Part shown: positions 50,758 to 64,000 of the stretch, in pieces | Numbering within the stretch: the stretch's first letter is position 1 | Layout: each line of letters begins with the position of its first letter | Assembly: GCA_016748015.1 (NCBI GenBank) | Contig: JAAOMT010000261.1 | Coordinates: forward strand, 384,733 to 448,732 | Direction of reading: 5' to 3' | Length of the DNA stretch: 64,000 nt | Origin: Geosiphon pyriformis uo1 | Lineage: Eukaryota; Fungi; Glomeromycota | Program-made: the position numbers and the translations under genes | Notes under the pieces: model-generated | Database searches by the model: none | What the model saw: only the letters and a program-made list of their open reading frames with translations | Told to the model about the DNA's origin: nothing

Positions 50758-53700
50758 AATCAAAGACAGAACTATGATAATCATGAAGTTAATCCATAAA
50801 GACAACACCATACTGTTGGAAAGAAGGGAAAAACCTAAGAAACTACAACTCATTTAGAACAGTAAACATAAGGACCCTACCATGAAACCAAAAGGGATTG
50901 GCCAAAGAGCCACCCAGAGACAAATTGCAATCAAGAAGAATACAAACCATACCTACCAGAAAGTTATCAGAAGCATTAACACAAATACAAACAGGAAAAC
51001 TCAATGGGTAAACAGGGCACCAACACCAAATTTACAAGTCATGAGACCTGTGAAAAAACAAACAACTCAAGATATCACCAAAGTTCACAAAACTAATAAG
51101 AAAAACCACTTTGCTCTTAGATTGAACTTGAAAAAAAGACTTCAAACCATAAAAGGAAGAGTAATAAATTGTATTACTAAAAAAATCAAGTGGTAGACTG
51201 GATTTAAGCTTTAAGCTCTTACAAATCAAAACATCCCACTTGTTGCTCATACTAATAAGAACAAAGCTAAACTGTGTTTTATAACTAATTATAGGATGAA
51301 GAACTGTTGATACCAAATATAAGAACTGTTTATCTAAGATGGTTTTTCTCAGGACCAGATTGGTGAAAAAACAAATGTTCGAATTTGTCTTTGCCAAACT
51401 AGGCTTTGATAGCCCCTTAGTTAAGAGAAAAATACCCAAATATCTATGAAATTCACCCTTTTTGACAATGGAGATTGGCAAGTTACTGATAAAAAGAGAA
51501 AGATTGCTGGCTCTGCTATTGATGGGAATGGCCATCGTCTTGTTATTATTAATAGAAATGTCATTTATCTGAAAAAATTCACTAGCAATATTAAGAATAT
51601 GTTGAGTAGCTGTCCAACTACTACCAATCCAAATTGTATCATCAATGAAAATACCAGCAGCAAAAAAAGAAAAAAGTCCAGCCTAAGATTCAGTATGACC
51701 ACTTCTGGAAATAAAATAAGAATTCAACCTATATTTACACATACTTTTCTGATGCTTGATTTTGCACAACAGAGGATCATAAAATATATATCACACAAGA
51801 GATGAAAAAACCTCCCCCTGGTCTAGACCATTATGCACATGATAACCATCTGTCAAACCAAAATTTGTCATAACACAGTTGGTGCGATCCTCATGAATAC
51901 TACTAAAAAATCAAATGAACTTGCTGCACATCTTAATCCTGACTAAACTCCTCTCAAAATGCTTCCAGCCAACTGAATTGTATGCTTTCTGCATGTTTTG
52001 CAAAACCAGCCAAAGCTCCCAGTTCTTTTCCAAAGCATCCTCAACAATTGAACCAATTGCAAAAATGGGGGACTGGGTTGTTTTACTCTTTAAAACCAAA
52101 AAATTGTCTCCACAAAGGACACCAAAAGTGCTGTATGCCAAAGAAATTCTATCAGAGAGAATTTTGAAAAGAATCTTACAAACCATTTCAATCAGAGCAA
52201 TAGGTTGAGTATTTGTCAGAACACTCTCCCATTTATAAAATTTGGGAATCATCGAGACCCAAGCCTCCTTCCAAGAGCTGGGCACAGATTCTCTAAACAG
52301 ACAAGACTTCAAAAGCACTAAAAACATATCCAAAACTGTCTTATTACAATGTTTTCAAAGCTTATTTGATATACCTAAAAGACCAGCAGCTTTGCCATCA
52401 AGCAGAGAGGAAACCACTTCAAACAATTTATTAAACTTAATTGAGCACATAACATTAAAGAAAACTCCATCAAAAACATACTCCAAAAGTTGATATTGAT
52501 GACACCAATTGCCAGAGACATTATCAACCATCTGATACTTCCTAGTCTAACTCTTCATAATTACATCTACCTTAAATTTAACCAAATTGAGATCTAGGAT
52601 CAGTTTATTATTGAAAACCAGGTGGTTAAGTACTACTTTGCAAAATGAATGCTTCAGCACACTTCTGATCATATAACTCTTATTTACCTCAAAGCTTTCC
52701 ATCTTTTTGTCTATAGCAGTTTTAATGTACATCTCCTTAGTTTTCAGAGACTCAGCAAGTTTAGATGTGTGATAAAATCTCTGCACCAAAAAGAGCAGAA
52801 TGAACATGATCAGGGCTTGTACCAGAGTCCATAACATCTTGAACAACCAAGGTCTTAACATTGTTCAAAGAAACCCAGCACTTCATAAAAGAATCAAAAT
52901 TTACAGCACTCTCTTCATAAGAAGTCTTAACAATTCTAGAAACCAAAAGCTTTAATTTGTGAAACTTTGAAAATTCCTTGGTAAAAACATTATCAAATCC
53001 CTTGAACCACTTCTTCTTGAACATCTCATTAGCCGAGAGAATCATCACCTTATAAATAATATTTCATAATACATCCAGATCCAAGAATTTCATGGTGGTA
53101 GCAAACTCATTCGAGAATATTGTCACATTGGCTGATGTAACACTTCCAAAATCATTCCATTTAGTCTCACTAGCATTTTTGAAATCAAACTTCCACCAAT
53201 CCTTATTTACTTGCTTGCAAAGCAAATTTAACTGCATATTCAAAAGTCCACCCAAATCCATAGACACAAAAACAGTCTGATGATCAGTATCAAAGAATTC
53301 CCCAATATTACACATATTGCGATTTATCACAGCATTAACCAAGTTTGAGGAAATGAACAGAAAGTTGATCATTTTAGCCACACCACAAGAGTTAATCCAA
53401 GTAGGTGTCTTTACAAAAGAATTTCTACTCAAGAAGTTAAACAAATTGAGATCTAGACACTTTTTAAAACTGGTACACTTATAAGAGCCATTTTTATTGA
53501 AGTTGCCACTCAGAACAACAAAAAAGGGCTTATTCACAGCTTTAGCAATCATAGAGTTGATTTTACCAGCTTGGGAGAACCAAACTGACAAAGAAGCACC
53601 AGCATAGAGCCCCAAAATCAAAACAGAAAGTTTGTTTTTGAAAAGTAGCTTGAAAGAAAGAAGCCGACCAGGAATCTCAGAAATTTTACACACATGACAA

Positions 53701-56010
53701 GCTAGAGAAATGTCCATAATAATGGCAATACCAGAACCCAAGTTGCCAGAGTCTGTACTAAAAGTGAAAACATAGACACTATCAAACCTATCAGAAATCC
53801 ACAAATAAGCCTTACTCTGTAACTTGGTCTCAGTAAAAATTGAAATCAAATTGCCTATATCCTTGTGCCAGTGAACAATATCCTCCTGTTTTGTAGGATT
53901 GTTCATACTCCAAACATTGCAAGTAGTAATTTTTCAAATTAAACTAATTATTAAGATAGAAGAAGGACTAACAAACCCAAACTAGAACACAAAGAGTCCA
54001 ATCTTACCAATATCAAACTAACTGAAACTTTCAAAGCCATCATCTTTGATTTCAAACCACCCACCTTGGTTGTAAGTACCTTCGAACTGCTCAAACTTAG
54101 TTTGGGTATAGCATTTTTGACCACTGCAAGAGAAGGAGAAAAGAACACCACCATGCCATCTACAGCCATACTTAAATCCAAAGCTGAGTCCAAGGGAAGA
54201 GAACACAAGATGGTGATGATATTGGCACCAATTTCACAAAGCTCAATTTCTTTAAAACTTCTGAAATCTGATCTGACAAAAGCTCCAAGAAGCATTCCAA
54301 AGAAGTCATATGGTTGGCTAAACCAGAATCATCAAGAAGGTTAGAAGCCATCTCTAAAAATTTCATACTTAAAAGTGGATCAGCACCAGAAGGAACTGAC
54401 AAGGCCACATGAGAAAAAGAGCCACCTGTAATTTAAGCCCAAGTTTTTCTACTAAAAAACACTAAACAGGCAATCAAAGCCTGCTTCCTCTTATAAATAT
54501 TAACTAAATAAACCTGATCTTGAGAAGACACCACCCACTTATAATGAGTTTCAGAATTCCCACCAACCAAACACACATCAAAAATATGACCAAATTGTTT
54601 ACACTTGGTGCAACAAGCCAGAAAAAAACCAGCCCAGTATAAATTCACACTCTTAAATACTGGAGTAGAACTAATAGCAGCCAATTTGAATGTCTTATTA
54701 TTAAAACAGACCACTGCACATCTATTATGCACATATGAGCTAAAATTATGGCCAATGAAGCAAGTTTTCCCATCATACAAATTCAACAAATTTGATAAAT
54801 CATGAGCAGTAATGTCTACTGGCAAAATGTATAACAAAGCCCAATAACAATCCTTAACTACCCACAATTTTTTGTTATTTGTAGCCAATACAACACAAAC
54901 AGAATCCTTACCCACAAGAATTAACCATTTGGAGATGACCAAGCTAGCCACATCTGATAACACAAATTCTACTACAGTCTTTTGCTAAAGCCCAATCAGT
55001 TGCATCCTAATTGAAATCACCTAACTAAATTTAGAGAAAACTGACTCAATTGCTGATCTAGAAAGATCTACTGGGATCTTCTTAATGATTACTTTCTGAT
55101 TCAATCGGCTATTTACCTTCTTAAGACTATTATTAACAAAAATTTTTTTACAGATTGCCATATTTTTAGTCTTATTCAAGCTCAATTTCGAAGTAAATGA
55201 AGATCTGATAATCCCTGGGAATTTTAAGGAAGCAGTGGCTCTCCTAAAACTATCAATTCAATAAAAAATTTTTTTATTGAAATTAACTTGTTACTAACAG
55301 ATTTGCCTGGAATAGCCAAAAGCTCAATATCTAATGTGAAAAATTTTACTGGCTCGAAACTTCTCTTTTCTAGAACATGTGACTTGGCACTCGACAGCTG
55401 ATTGAAACCTTGAAACTTGGGAGACTGGAGCTCCAAAACATCATCGACATCACTTATATTATTGAAAAAAGGTTTTTTTGGCAGTAGTCCCAGAACATAC
55501 ATTCTCATTCATGTTTTTCTCAGAATCGTATCATCCACTATATCATCAGTCTCAAAATTATTGGAATTCACGTAACTTGTTTTCTCTGCCACCATGTTGT
55601 TTATGTTTTCCAAGTTAGACACCTCACTAATATTAGCATCCTCACTTTCTACTTTGCTATTCCAAAACATTTTGTGCTTCAAATTGCTAGCTTGTAAAAC
55701 ATTGCCAGAAACAGGACCAGCTGACAAATTTACCACACCACCAGTTATACTAGGATTCTTGGATTTTTTGTATGAAGAGCCACAAGAGTATATATTTTCA
55801 ATATGTGCTTTTTTATTATTATTAGACCAAGTCCCCAATTCAGCTGAAACAGAATTAAAACCACCAGCAGAGAAGCCTACTGGTTTTATCACAACAAAAG
55901 AAAAAAAGTTGGAAGAAATATTTAGAAAAAAGAAAAAAAACAAAGAAAAAAAGAAAAAAGACTAAATAAAACTTCGTTTTTGTTGTGGTCAGGAGATCGA
56001 CAAGAGAAAA
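50758..56010 (-). mobile_element. LINE copy L5, 3'-truncated (RNase H, CCHC and UTR lost)
   Basis: ORF1 ~53948-55889; ORF2 APE-RT 50758-53951 ends abruptly against L4. Confidence 0.92.
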
Positions 56011-56349
56011 AAAAATTTCTTATTTTTTTTATTATAATGTTTTTTAAAAAATTTTATGTTATTTAAATTATTTAATAATTACTTTTATAATATAAAATAT
56101 TCTAGTATTTTAATTATTTTTATATTTTTCTGAATTATTACTAATATTTTTGGTATTCTAAAATTTTTGCCAATATTTTTGAAATTTCTAATACTTTTAA
56201 TATTTTAAATTAAATATAATTTATGTATTTTATATATATAATTAATTATTTAAGTTAATTTTATAAAAATAAATTTATTTAAAGCAATTATTTTATGTAA
56301 AATTATAATTAAATTATTATTATTAAAAACCAAATTAAATTTAAACTAA
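56011..56349. other. Near-pure A/T spacer between head-to-head LINEs
   Basis: Base composition. Confidence 0.8.
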
Positions 56350-59300
56350 TTTTTCTCTTGTTGATTTCTTGGTCACAACAAGAACTAGATTATACCAAAT
56401 AAATAAATTTTTTTTACTTTTTTTTCTTTCAACATACCTTTGTTTATGATTATGGATCTACCAGATTCTTCTGCTAAAGATTCAGTGACAGGTTTGGCTG
56501 GATTGGGGACTCAGACTAGCACTAAGAAAAAAGTGTGTGTTGAGAATATCTACTTTTGTGAACCCTTATACAAGAAGCTTAAGAATCTTGGTGTCACTGA
56601 TGGCATGATAAATTTATTGACTGGCCCCATATCTGTCAATAGTTTACATACTGATAATGAAGAACACAAGGTTTCTTGGAGTAGTAAAGTTGAAAGAGAA
56701 AATACAAGTGTGAGTGAAGTGTTTGACATTGAAAACATGAAAAATACCATTGCTGAAAAAGTGAGTTACATGAATTTCAATACTTTTGAAACTAATGACA
56801 TAATGAATAATACAACTCCGAAAAAAATGCGAACTAGAACATATGTTCTTAGACAGCCACCAAAGGTGTCATTTTTTAATGACTTGAATGAAAACAAGTC
56901 CATATTGAAGCTTCCAGTGCCTAAATTTGTTGGTTCCAGAAAGTTGCCATTGATTGATTTATGTAGCAAGGATATAAGAAGTTTTGACTCAAAGAAATCA
57001 TATGTATTGGATATTAATTTGTTAGCCATGTCTAAAAAGTCTTCTAGTGATAAATTGTTGACTCTAAAAAAAATTTTTATTGTGTAGATGGTTTTGGGAG
57101 GGGGGATGTCCACTCCCTCAAAATTTCCTGGGCTAATTAGGTCTTTTTTCACTTCAAAGTTGAGTATGCTAAAGACTAGAGAATTGGCTATTATTGCCAA
57201 AATCTTAGTCAATGATAATATTAGAAAACCAAACATCAGATCGAATCAGGAAGTGATCATCAAGGAGATTCCAGTAGATTTTTCCAAATCAGCATTGGAA
57301 TCTGTGCTCTTTAAATTTGGTCAGGAAATTTTGATTAAAATACAATTAATTAGACTTTGGCAAAAGACTATAGTAAAATTTGAGTCATCAAATATGACTA
57401 GCTTAGTCACTTCTAAATAATTAGTTCTCATGGATAAGAATTCTGTTTGTGTGACATTGGCTGTTAATAACAAAAAATCATAAGTAATTAGAGATTGTTA
57501 TCAGACTTTATTGTATACTTTGTCAATGGGCATTACTGCTTATGATTTATCAGATTTGCTAGATTTGTATAATAGAAAAACTTGCTTTATTGGTTATAAT
57601 CTTGGTTTGTATATTTGTAATAGATGTGCTATGATATGTTTTGATAATAAGACATTCAAATTGGCTATTATTGGTTCTATTTTAGTTTATAAGAGTGTAA
57701 ATTTGTGCTGGATTGGGCTTTTTTTGGTCTGTTGTACACAATGTAAACAGTTTGGTCATATCTCTGTTGATTGTTCAGTGGGTGAAAATGTTGGTGATTA
57801 TGGTAGGCATGTGGTATTTCTTCAAGATCAGGTTTGGTTGGCCAACATTTATAAGAAAAAGCAGGCATCTATTATTCACCCAGTTTCTTTCAGTGACAAA
57901 ACTTGGGCCCAAGTTGCTGGTGGTCTTTTTTCTTATATGGTTCTTTCATTTCTTTCTGGTGCTGGTTCTTTTCCTAGTGCTGAATTGTCTTCTGGTACAG
58001 TGTTTTTTTATTTATCTTTGCTCCTTTTAGTGTTTCTGGTTTGTATAATTGTTTAGTGTCTTTGGAACATTCTTTGGAACTTTTAGCCAATCAAGTTTCT
58101 GGTGTTTTAAAAAAATTGAGTTTTGTGGAATTAGTGCCCTTACCACCTGTTTCTCAAGTGCCCCCTCTGGCTGTTTCTGTATCTTTGACTTTAAGCTTGA
58201 ATTCTGATATGGCTTTGGATAGTGTGTTAATGCTTTCTGTTTTTCCTTTTTCTGTTGTTGATAATAATGTATCTAGTTTTGGTTCAAGTAGCTCCAAGAC
58301 TCTAACCATCAAAGTGGATGGCTTAAAGTCAAAAATAGTGTCTTTGAAAGCTTTAATCAGTTTAATGCTGGTTAAATTAAATTATTTGTGCTCTGGTTCA
58401 GGTTTCTTATTGTCTTCTTCATCCCAATAAGTGGTTTGGTGTAGAAATTTACAATGTGTAATATTAGAAGTATCAATGTTCTTGCAAAGCAAGTGGACAT
58501 TATTCATTGGTATATGAGTTTTGATTGTATGGTGTCTTTTATTATGGAAACTAAATTGCAGTCTAGTGTTAAGTTTTGAATTGCTAATAAGTTTGAGAGT
58601 GTATGTGTTTTCATGTCTGGTTTGGATAAAGAATTTTTTGGTGCTAGAATGGCTGTGATTATGAACAATTTTTTGGCTTGTTATGTGTCTAAGATAAAAG
58701 AGGTCCCTAGTCAAGTTATTTTGGTATGGCTTTTATTCAAAGACAAGCTTTCAGTTATGATTCTGGAGTTGTATGCTGGTGCTTTTTCTAAAACCAGATT
58801 TGGTCAGGCTCTAACTGTAAACTTTTTTATTGTAAAGACTATTAACTCTAGCACTTTTATGGTTTTGGATGGAGATTTCAATGAGAATGGGTCTGAAAGG
58901 AATGTAAGCTTTAAGCTCTGTTTGAATTTAGGTTTGGTTAATTTGTTTACTAACTATCATTTAGTGAAAACTTCTACATGATGCAATTCTAAAGGGGTTG
59001 AAAAAACTATTGATTACATTTTTGTCAGTAAGAATTTATCATTTGCTGTCACTAGTTATCAGGTCTGCTCTGTTTCCAGTTTTTTTAATACCAATTACAA
59101 TACTGTCTTGGTTTCGATTGGCTTGGGTGGGCTCTTAAATGTTTGTTTAAATAGCTTGCACAAACAGGCTAATAAAGATTGTTGAAAGTTCAAAATTAAA
59201 GATGCAAATAATACCAAATGGATGAAATTTAGAGAGTGCTCATTTGCCAAACTCTTAGAAGTAAGAAACAAATTCTCTAGTGCCAAAATTTGGGGTGATA

Positions 59301-62300
59301 TAGATACTATGTAGGCAGTTTTGGAAAAAATAATAGTTAGTGCAACTAATAAAATTTTCACAAAACATTGGTTTAGTAAATTTTGGTGTTTGAAAAACAA
59401 ACATTTATCTAAGTTTTTCAGATTGAAACTGTTAGTGACTAAAATAGTTAAGTATTTAAGCTTGGGTAATGTCTTTGGTTTTGATTATCTAGTTGGGAAA
59501 TGGTCATCTCTGAATGTTGACAAAGCTTTTATGATAACAGAGATAGTTCAGAATAGTGGAAGGTTGATAAACATTTGTTTTTGGTTAGGAAGAAATATTG
59601 AAGATCTAAAATATTTAAATTTAAATTGGTTAAAAAGACTTCTATTAGAAAGGCAATAAAGAAACATATGGAGAAATTTTGCTTTGATAAAGGTGGCATG
59701 ATTAGAAGTGTGTTGGATTGGCCCTTTTACAAGGTAGTTTTGGATCACTTAATAATAGGTAATGAACTGATTTTGGAATTAGATAAGGTAAAACTCAGTG
59801 TTAATAAAATTATAGAGAGTTGAACAAGAAAGTGGAGTGTGCCCTTAGTGATGCTTAATCTTTGGATTTGCCAATATGCACTATTGAATTATGTGAAAAA
59901 CAAGACTTTTTCTGGTGTAATATGTACAATCAGTATAAGTGAGTTGCTCATGATTGTTGATGGTCTGTCTAATAACAAAGCTGCTGGCTTGTCTGGCATT
60001 TCTAATAAACTGTGAAAGCATAGTAGTAAAAAATTATTGAAATGTCTTTTGAAGCTGTTGAATATGTGCTTGGTAGTTGGGAATGTTCCAATTTTGTGGA
60101 AAAGAGCATGAATTTTGATGATTCCTAAATCTTATGACTGGAAGAAAGTTCTTACAAACACTTAACTTATTGCACTGATCAAAACTGCCAAGAAAATTCT
60201 TTCCAATAGGATTTTATCTGTGTGCAACAAGTTTGGTGTTCTTTGTGGTAATAATTTTTTGGTTTTGAAAGATATGGCTATTCAATTCCTTATATTTGCA
60301 GTTGGTTCAATAATTAAGGACATGCTAAAGAAGAGTTAAGAACTTTGGTTAGTTTTGCAGAACATGTACAAAGCATATAACTCAGTTGGTTGGCATTATT
60401 TGGAGACTAGCTTAAGGTGAATCAAAATGTGTAATAGGTTTATTAAATTTTTTGGTAGCATACATAATAATAGGATCAATAAAGTTATGACTGATTTCGG
60501 CTTTTTAGAAAGCTATAAAGTGCATGATAGTTTGGATTAGGATGAAGTTTTCTTCTCCTTCTTATGAAAAATTTTTTATGATCTACTTTTGTGTAAGATC
60601 AAGTGACATGAATATTTGTGTAGTTATTAAATTGACACTAAATTTGTGAGAAAGACTGGCAGAATTAAGAATAGTGGTGGTTTGTTTTCATATTTTGCAG
60701 CTGGTGTGTTTGTGGATAATACAATTTGAGTTAGTAATTGTCTGGCTTCAATGCAGTATACTCTGAACATTGCCAGTAAGTTTTTCTTGATCAACAATAT
60801 TTCTATTAATAATGATAAAATGGTGGCTATTCCAATTAACCAGGATTTTAAGATTGCTGTTTTGAGTGTTAGTGGCCAGCCTATTTCAATAGCCAAGAAG
60901 AGTGAGACACACAGGTATCTGAAAATTTTTTTGTTGACTGAGAGTTTGTCTAAGTCAAGTGTAGCTAAAGCTTACTTGAATATATGTTTCTTTGTGAATA
61001 TGGTGTTTAGGAAGATTATTATGGACAAACAATTTTCTTATTTGGTATTAGCCATTTTGCAACTCATTGTTAATTATAGAATCTAGTTTATTTTCATATT
61101 ATTGAGTGTATATTACAAGTAGAATGTTATGATCAGAAAGGGCTTTAAATTTAAGATAAATTTGTTGCATGATTTTTTTAATAAGGCTCTGCACTATCTA
61201 TTATTGTATGGTCTAAAGTTTTTTGAACAAGTGCAATTGGAGAATAAATTGGCTTTTATGGTCTTATTTTCTAATACTTCTAACATTATTGGTTAGTTAT
61301 TTTATTATAGATTCTTAGATCTGCAGGTTTTGGGATGGGCTCCTTTGAATTCTTTGCAGTTTCTTGTTAAGTTGTTTGTTAGTCCTGTAAACAATTTTTT
61401 GGCTGGTGTGATTAAGATTTTTTTAAGTAATAAACTGTTTTTGGCAAACAATTTGTCCAATGTCTTTTATTGTTCTAGTGTTTTTTCTATGTCGTTTATT
61501 CTTGAAAAGGCTTTATATCTTAGTTTTGTTTATTCTTTAAAGTGTTTCAGAGTTGTTTTTGGTAATAAGCTCTTTGATAAAAAAAGCTGTATTATGGATT
61601 GGAAAACTTTCTGTTAGTAAAAGAAATTGGATCTCAGAGGCCCTGTTCCTTACTGGTTTGATGTTACATCAAAGTTTCTACACAGTAATAGTTCTTTGCT
61701 GCTGGTTTTTTCTGTTTCTTTTTAGCCAGATAGATTGAGTATTTTGAATTCTAAAAAGTTTACTAAAGTGCAAGATGGTTTGCATAAGATTTGGTCTGAC
61801 TTGTTTAAGGTTTATTCCAATGGTTTATTGAGGAATGCCAGCTTTGCTGGTGTGATTAGTGGTGCTGCTGCATATTTTCTAGCATTAGACATAAGTGTTG
61901 ATATAGGGGTACATGGCCTTGTCTCTTCTACTATAACTGAGTTGTAGACTGTTGTTTTGTCTCTAAAGTATGTGCCATCTTCTTGTTTCTTGGTTTTATA
62001 TCTTGACAGTCAAGCAGCTATTAATACATGTATGTCAGAGATGGCTTTGGCTGCACCTGATTTCTGCAATCAATGCTGAATTAAAAGGAGGCATATTTTT
62101 AATTTGATTAGAGATAAAAATCTCACAGTTAGTTGGGTTAAAGTCAAGAGTCATTCTGGGTTTTGTGATAATGATAAAGTGAATGCTGCTGCTGGTGTGG
62201 CTGCTGGTTTTTCTTTTTATTTGCTAGTAGGTGTGCATGAACATTTTTTGTTGGCTGAAAACACTACTGTCTCCAACATTTTGTCAAGAATATTTTTAGG

Positions 62301-63215
62301 TCTGTTTGTCATGCTCAGTAGAAGACTGGTTCTAGCCATAATGTGGTTTCTGGTTTATTTGTTATGGATATTGATTGAGACATTATTGCAAAAGTTTGGC
62401 ACCTGGATTCACATATGCTTGCTGGTTCTACAAATTAGAAGTTGTTCAATCTTTGTACTTACTTAATGAAGACAATATATAGGCATTTGCCTATGGCTGT
62501 CAAGAAAAGATTGTATAATAAAGATTATCCTGGTGTGCTGTGTTTGTTGTGTGATATGATAAAGTTGTCAGATCACATTTTCACTTGTGGTCAAGATGTT
62601 GGTATTTGGAGTGAGATTTTGGCAGAAGTCTCCATGTGATGAACCACTTTGGTAAGTATTCCTAGTCTGTTTTTTTCTTCTGTCATTTTGAGGACACTCT
62701 CTTATTGTTTGTCAGATTCTGAAACTTATGCTGTTATATACAAAAAATTTGTGCTTGGGAATTGGTTTGTAGAGATCATTGGGATTTTTAATTGTAGAAA
62801 AAAAGCCATCTCCACTGTTGTTAATTTTGTAAGATACTTGGTGGAAATACATCATTCTAGAATATGGCTGTTGAGATCAAAATTTAGTATTGATATAGAA
62901 AAAACTGGTTTGGTTGAGGATGGTAGTGTTAGATTTGTCTTGTGATTTAGTGTCTATTTTTTCAAATAGTATAATTAGGATGCTTAGTATTGTTGAGTCT
63001 TTTGCTGTTAGTTTTGGCCATCAAAGACTTTGTCTTTTTTACTTTGATTTGGGTAGTAATGTTTGTGTTCATATAAGTATGCAGTATTGTCTTGTTTGGT
63101 CTAAGTGGCTAGCCACATGTAGTAAGTACATGAGTTGTATTTAGTTTAAACCACTTAGTTTGGCTTTATGTACTAAATAGTGGTTGGGCTTCACTTATTA
63201 AGCTTTAATAAAAAA
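56350..63215 (+). mobile_element. LINE copy L6, full length
   Basis: 5' motif, ORF1 56452-58430 (CTQCKQFGHISVDC), ORF2 58427-63084, 3' UTR and A-rich tail. Confidence 0.93.
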
Positions 63216-63329
63216 ATATTAAACTTAATATTAAAAGTTTATAGTTTTTATAATATTATTATTTTAACAAAGCATATTTATAAAATTTTTTAAAAAAAAA
63301 TTTATTTGTATTAATAATTAGTTTTAAAA

Positions 63330-64000
63330 TTATAACAATAATAAATAAAACCTAATTTTTATTTAATATAATATAACAAACTAAGTGCTTTAAATTAAAT
63401 ATAATTTATGTATTTATTATATATAATTAATTACTTAAATTCACTATATATTTATTTGAATTATAATTTTATTATTAATATTAAAAATAAATAAATTATA
63501 TAAATACAAGCCAAACCTTATTTTAAATACTTTAATTATATCAAGCAGATATATTATATTATTAGACAAAATATTAAGTAAATTACCAAGCAAAAAAAAA
63601 TGATATTAAATACAAATATTAAATTATTTTTCTTTATATTAATCTTAAACTTAATTTTTAATAACCAAATCTTACTATAATAATCTACAATCAAACTGCA
63701 TATAAATTTAAAAAGTTTTGAAACAAAAATTTTAATATTACCATAAATTACATATACTTTCTTAAAAAATTGGAATAATGTAACACATGTATTAATTAAA
63801 AAAATCCAATGCAAAAAATAAGCATCTAAAACTTAATGCAGAAATGCATCTGATTTGCAAACAAAAGCATAATCTAAAAATTCAATGTCATTACACAACA
63901 GACACAAAACACTAAGTTTTGTTATAGGTAACCTACTATAAACTACTTTCAATATATAGGTATACAAACATTTAAAACCAGCCCATGAAATTTATAACCG
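63330..64000 (-). mobile_element. Extremely G/C-eroded LINE 3' end (L7): CCHC region, ORF2 C-terminus, 3' UTR
   Basis: SVLCLLCNDIE..DYAFVC and SKIWLLKIKFKINIKK match L6 GVLCLLCD..DHIFTC and SRIWLLRSKFSIDIEK; the UTR aligns ungapped with the L6 UTR. Confidence 0.82.

Noticed and set aside
27876-62639. Many short antisense or off-frame ORFs over the LINEs
   Set aside because: These are shadow ORFs of ORF1/ORF2 with no motifs and inconsistent boundaries between copies.

Overview
This 64 kb window is AT-rich eukaryotic repeat DNA made almost entirely of nested, decayed retroelements. I see no host protein gene, rRNA, tRNA or CRISPR array. The sequence style resembles Glomeromycotina fungi such as Geosiphon, but that is recollection and is unverified. 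(i) There are six large copies of an ~6.7 kb LINE, plus two LINE 3' remnants. ORF1 has RRM-like blocks and a CCHC knuckle; ORF2 encodes APE endonuclease-RT-RNase H-CCHC. (ii) There are two Ty3/Gypsy families. Family B has a full-length 10.2 kb copy (14452-24643). Family A has a 6.95 kb copy lacking RT/RNase H/integrase (4147-11098) and the 3' part of another copy (1-1685). Both families carry an unexplained Cys-rich module and a dUTPase between protease and RT, plus a homologous extra ORF just before the PPT. (iii) A 2.25 kb ORF1-only element (41452-43712) ends in the same structured 3' UTR as the LINEs, making it a HAL1/HeT-A-like non-autonomous partner. (iv) Near-pure A/T spacers separate the elements. 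At least one is demonstrably a LINE 3' end stripped of G/C by C>T/G>A changes. Almost all ORFs are broken by nonsense codons rather than frameshifts, which points to strong directional C>T mutation of repeats. All alignments were made by eye; LTR and TSD boundaries are exact, while LINE ends and domain limits are approximate.
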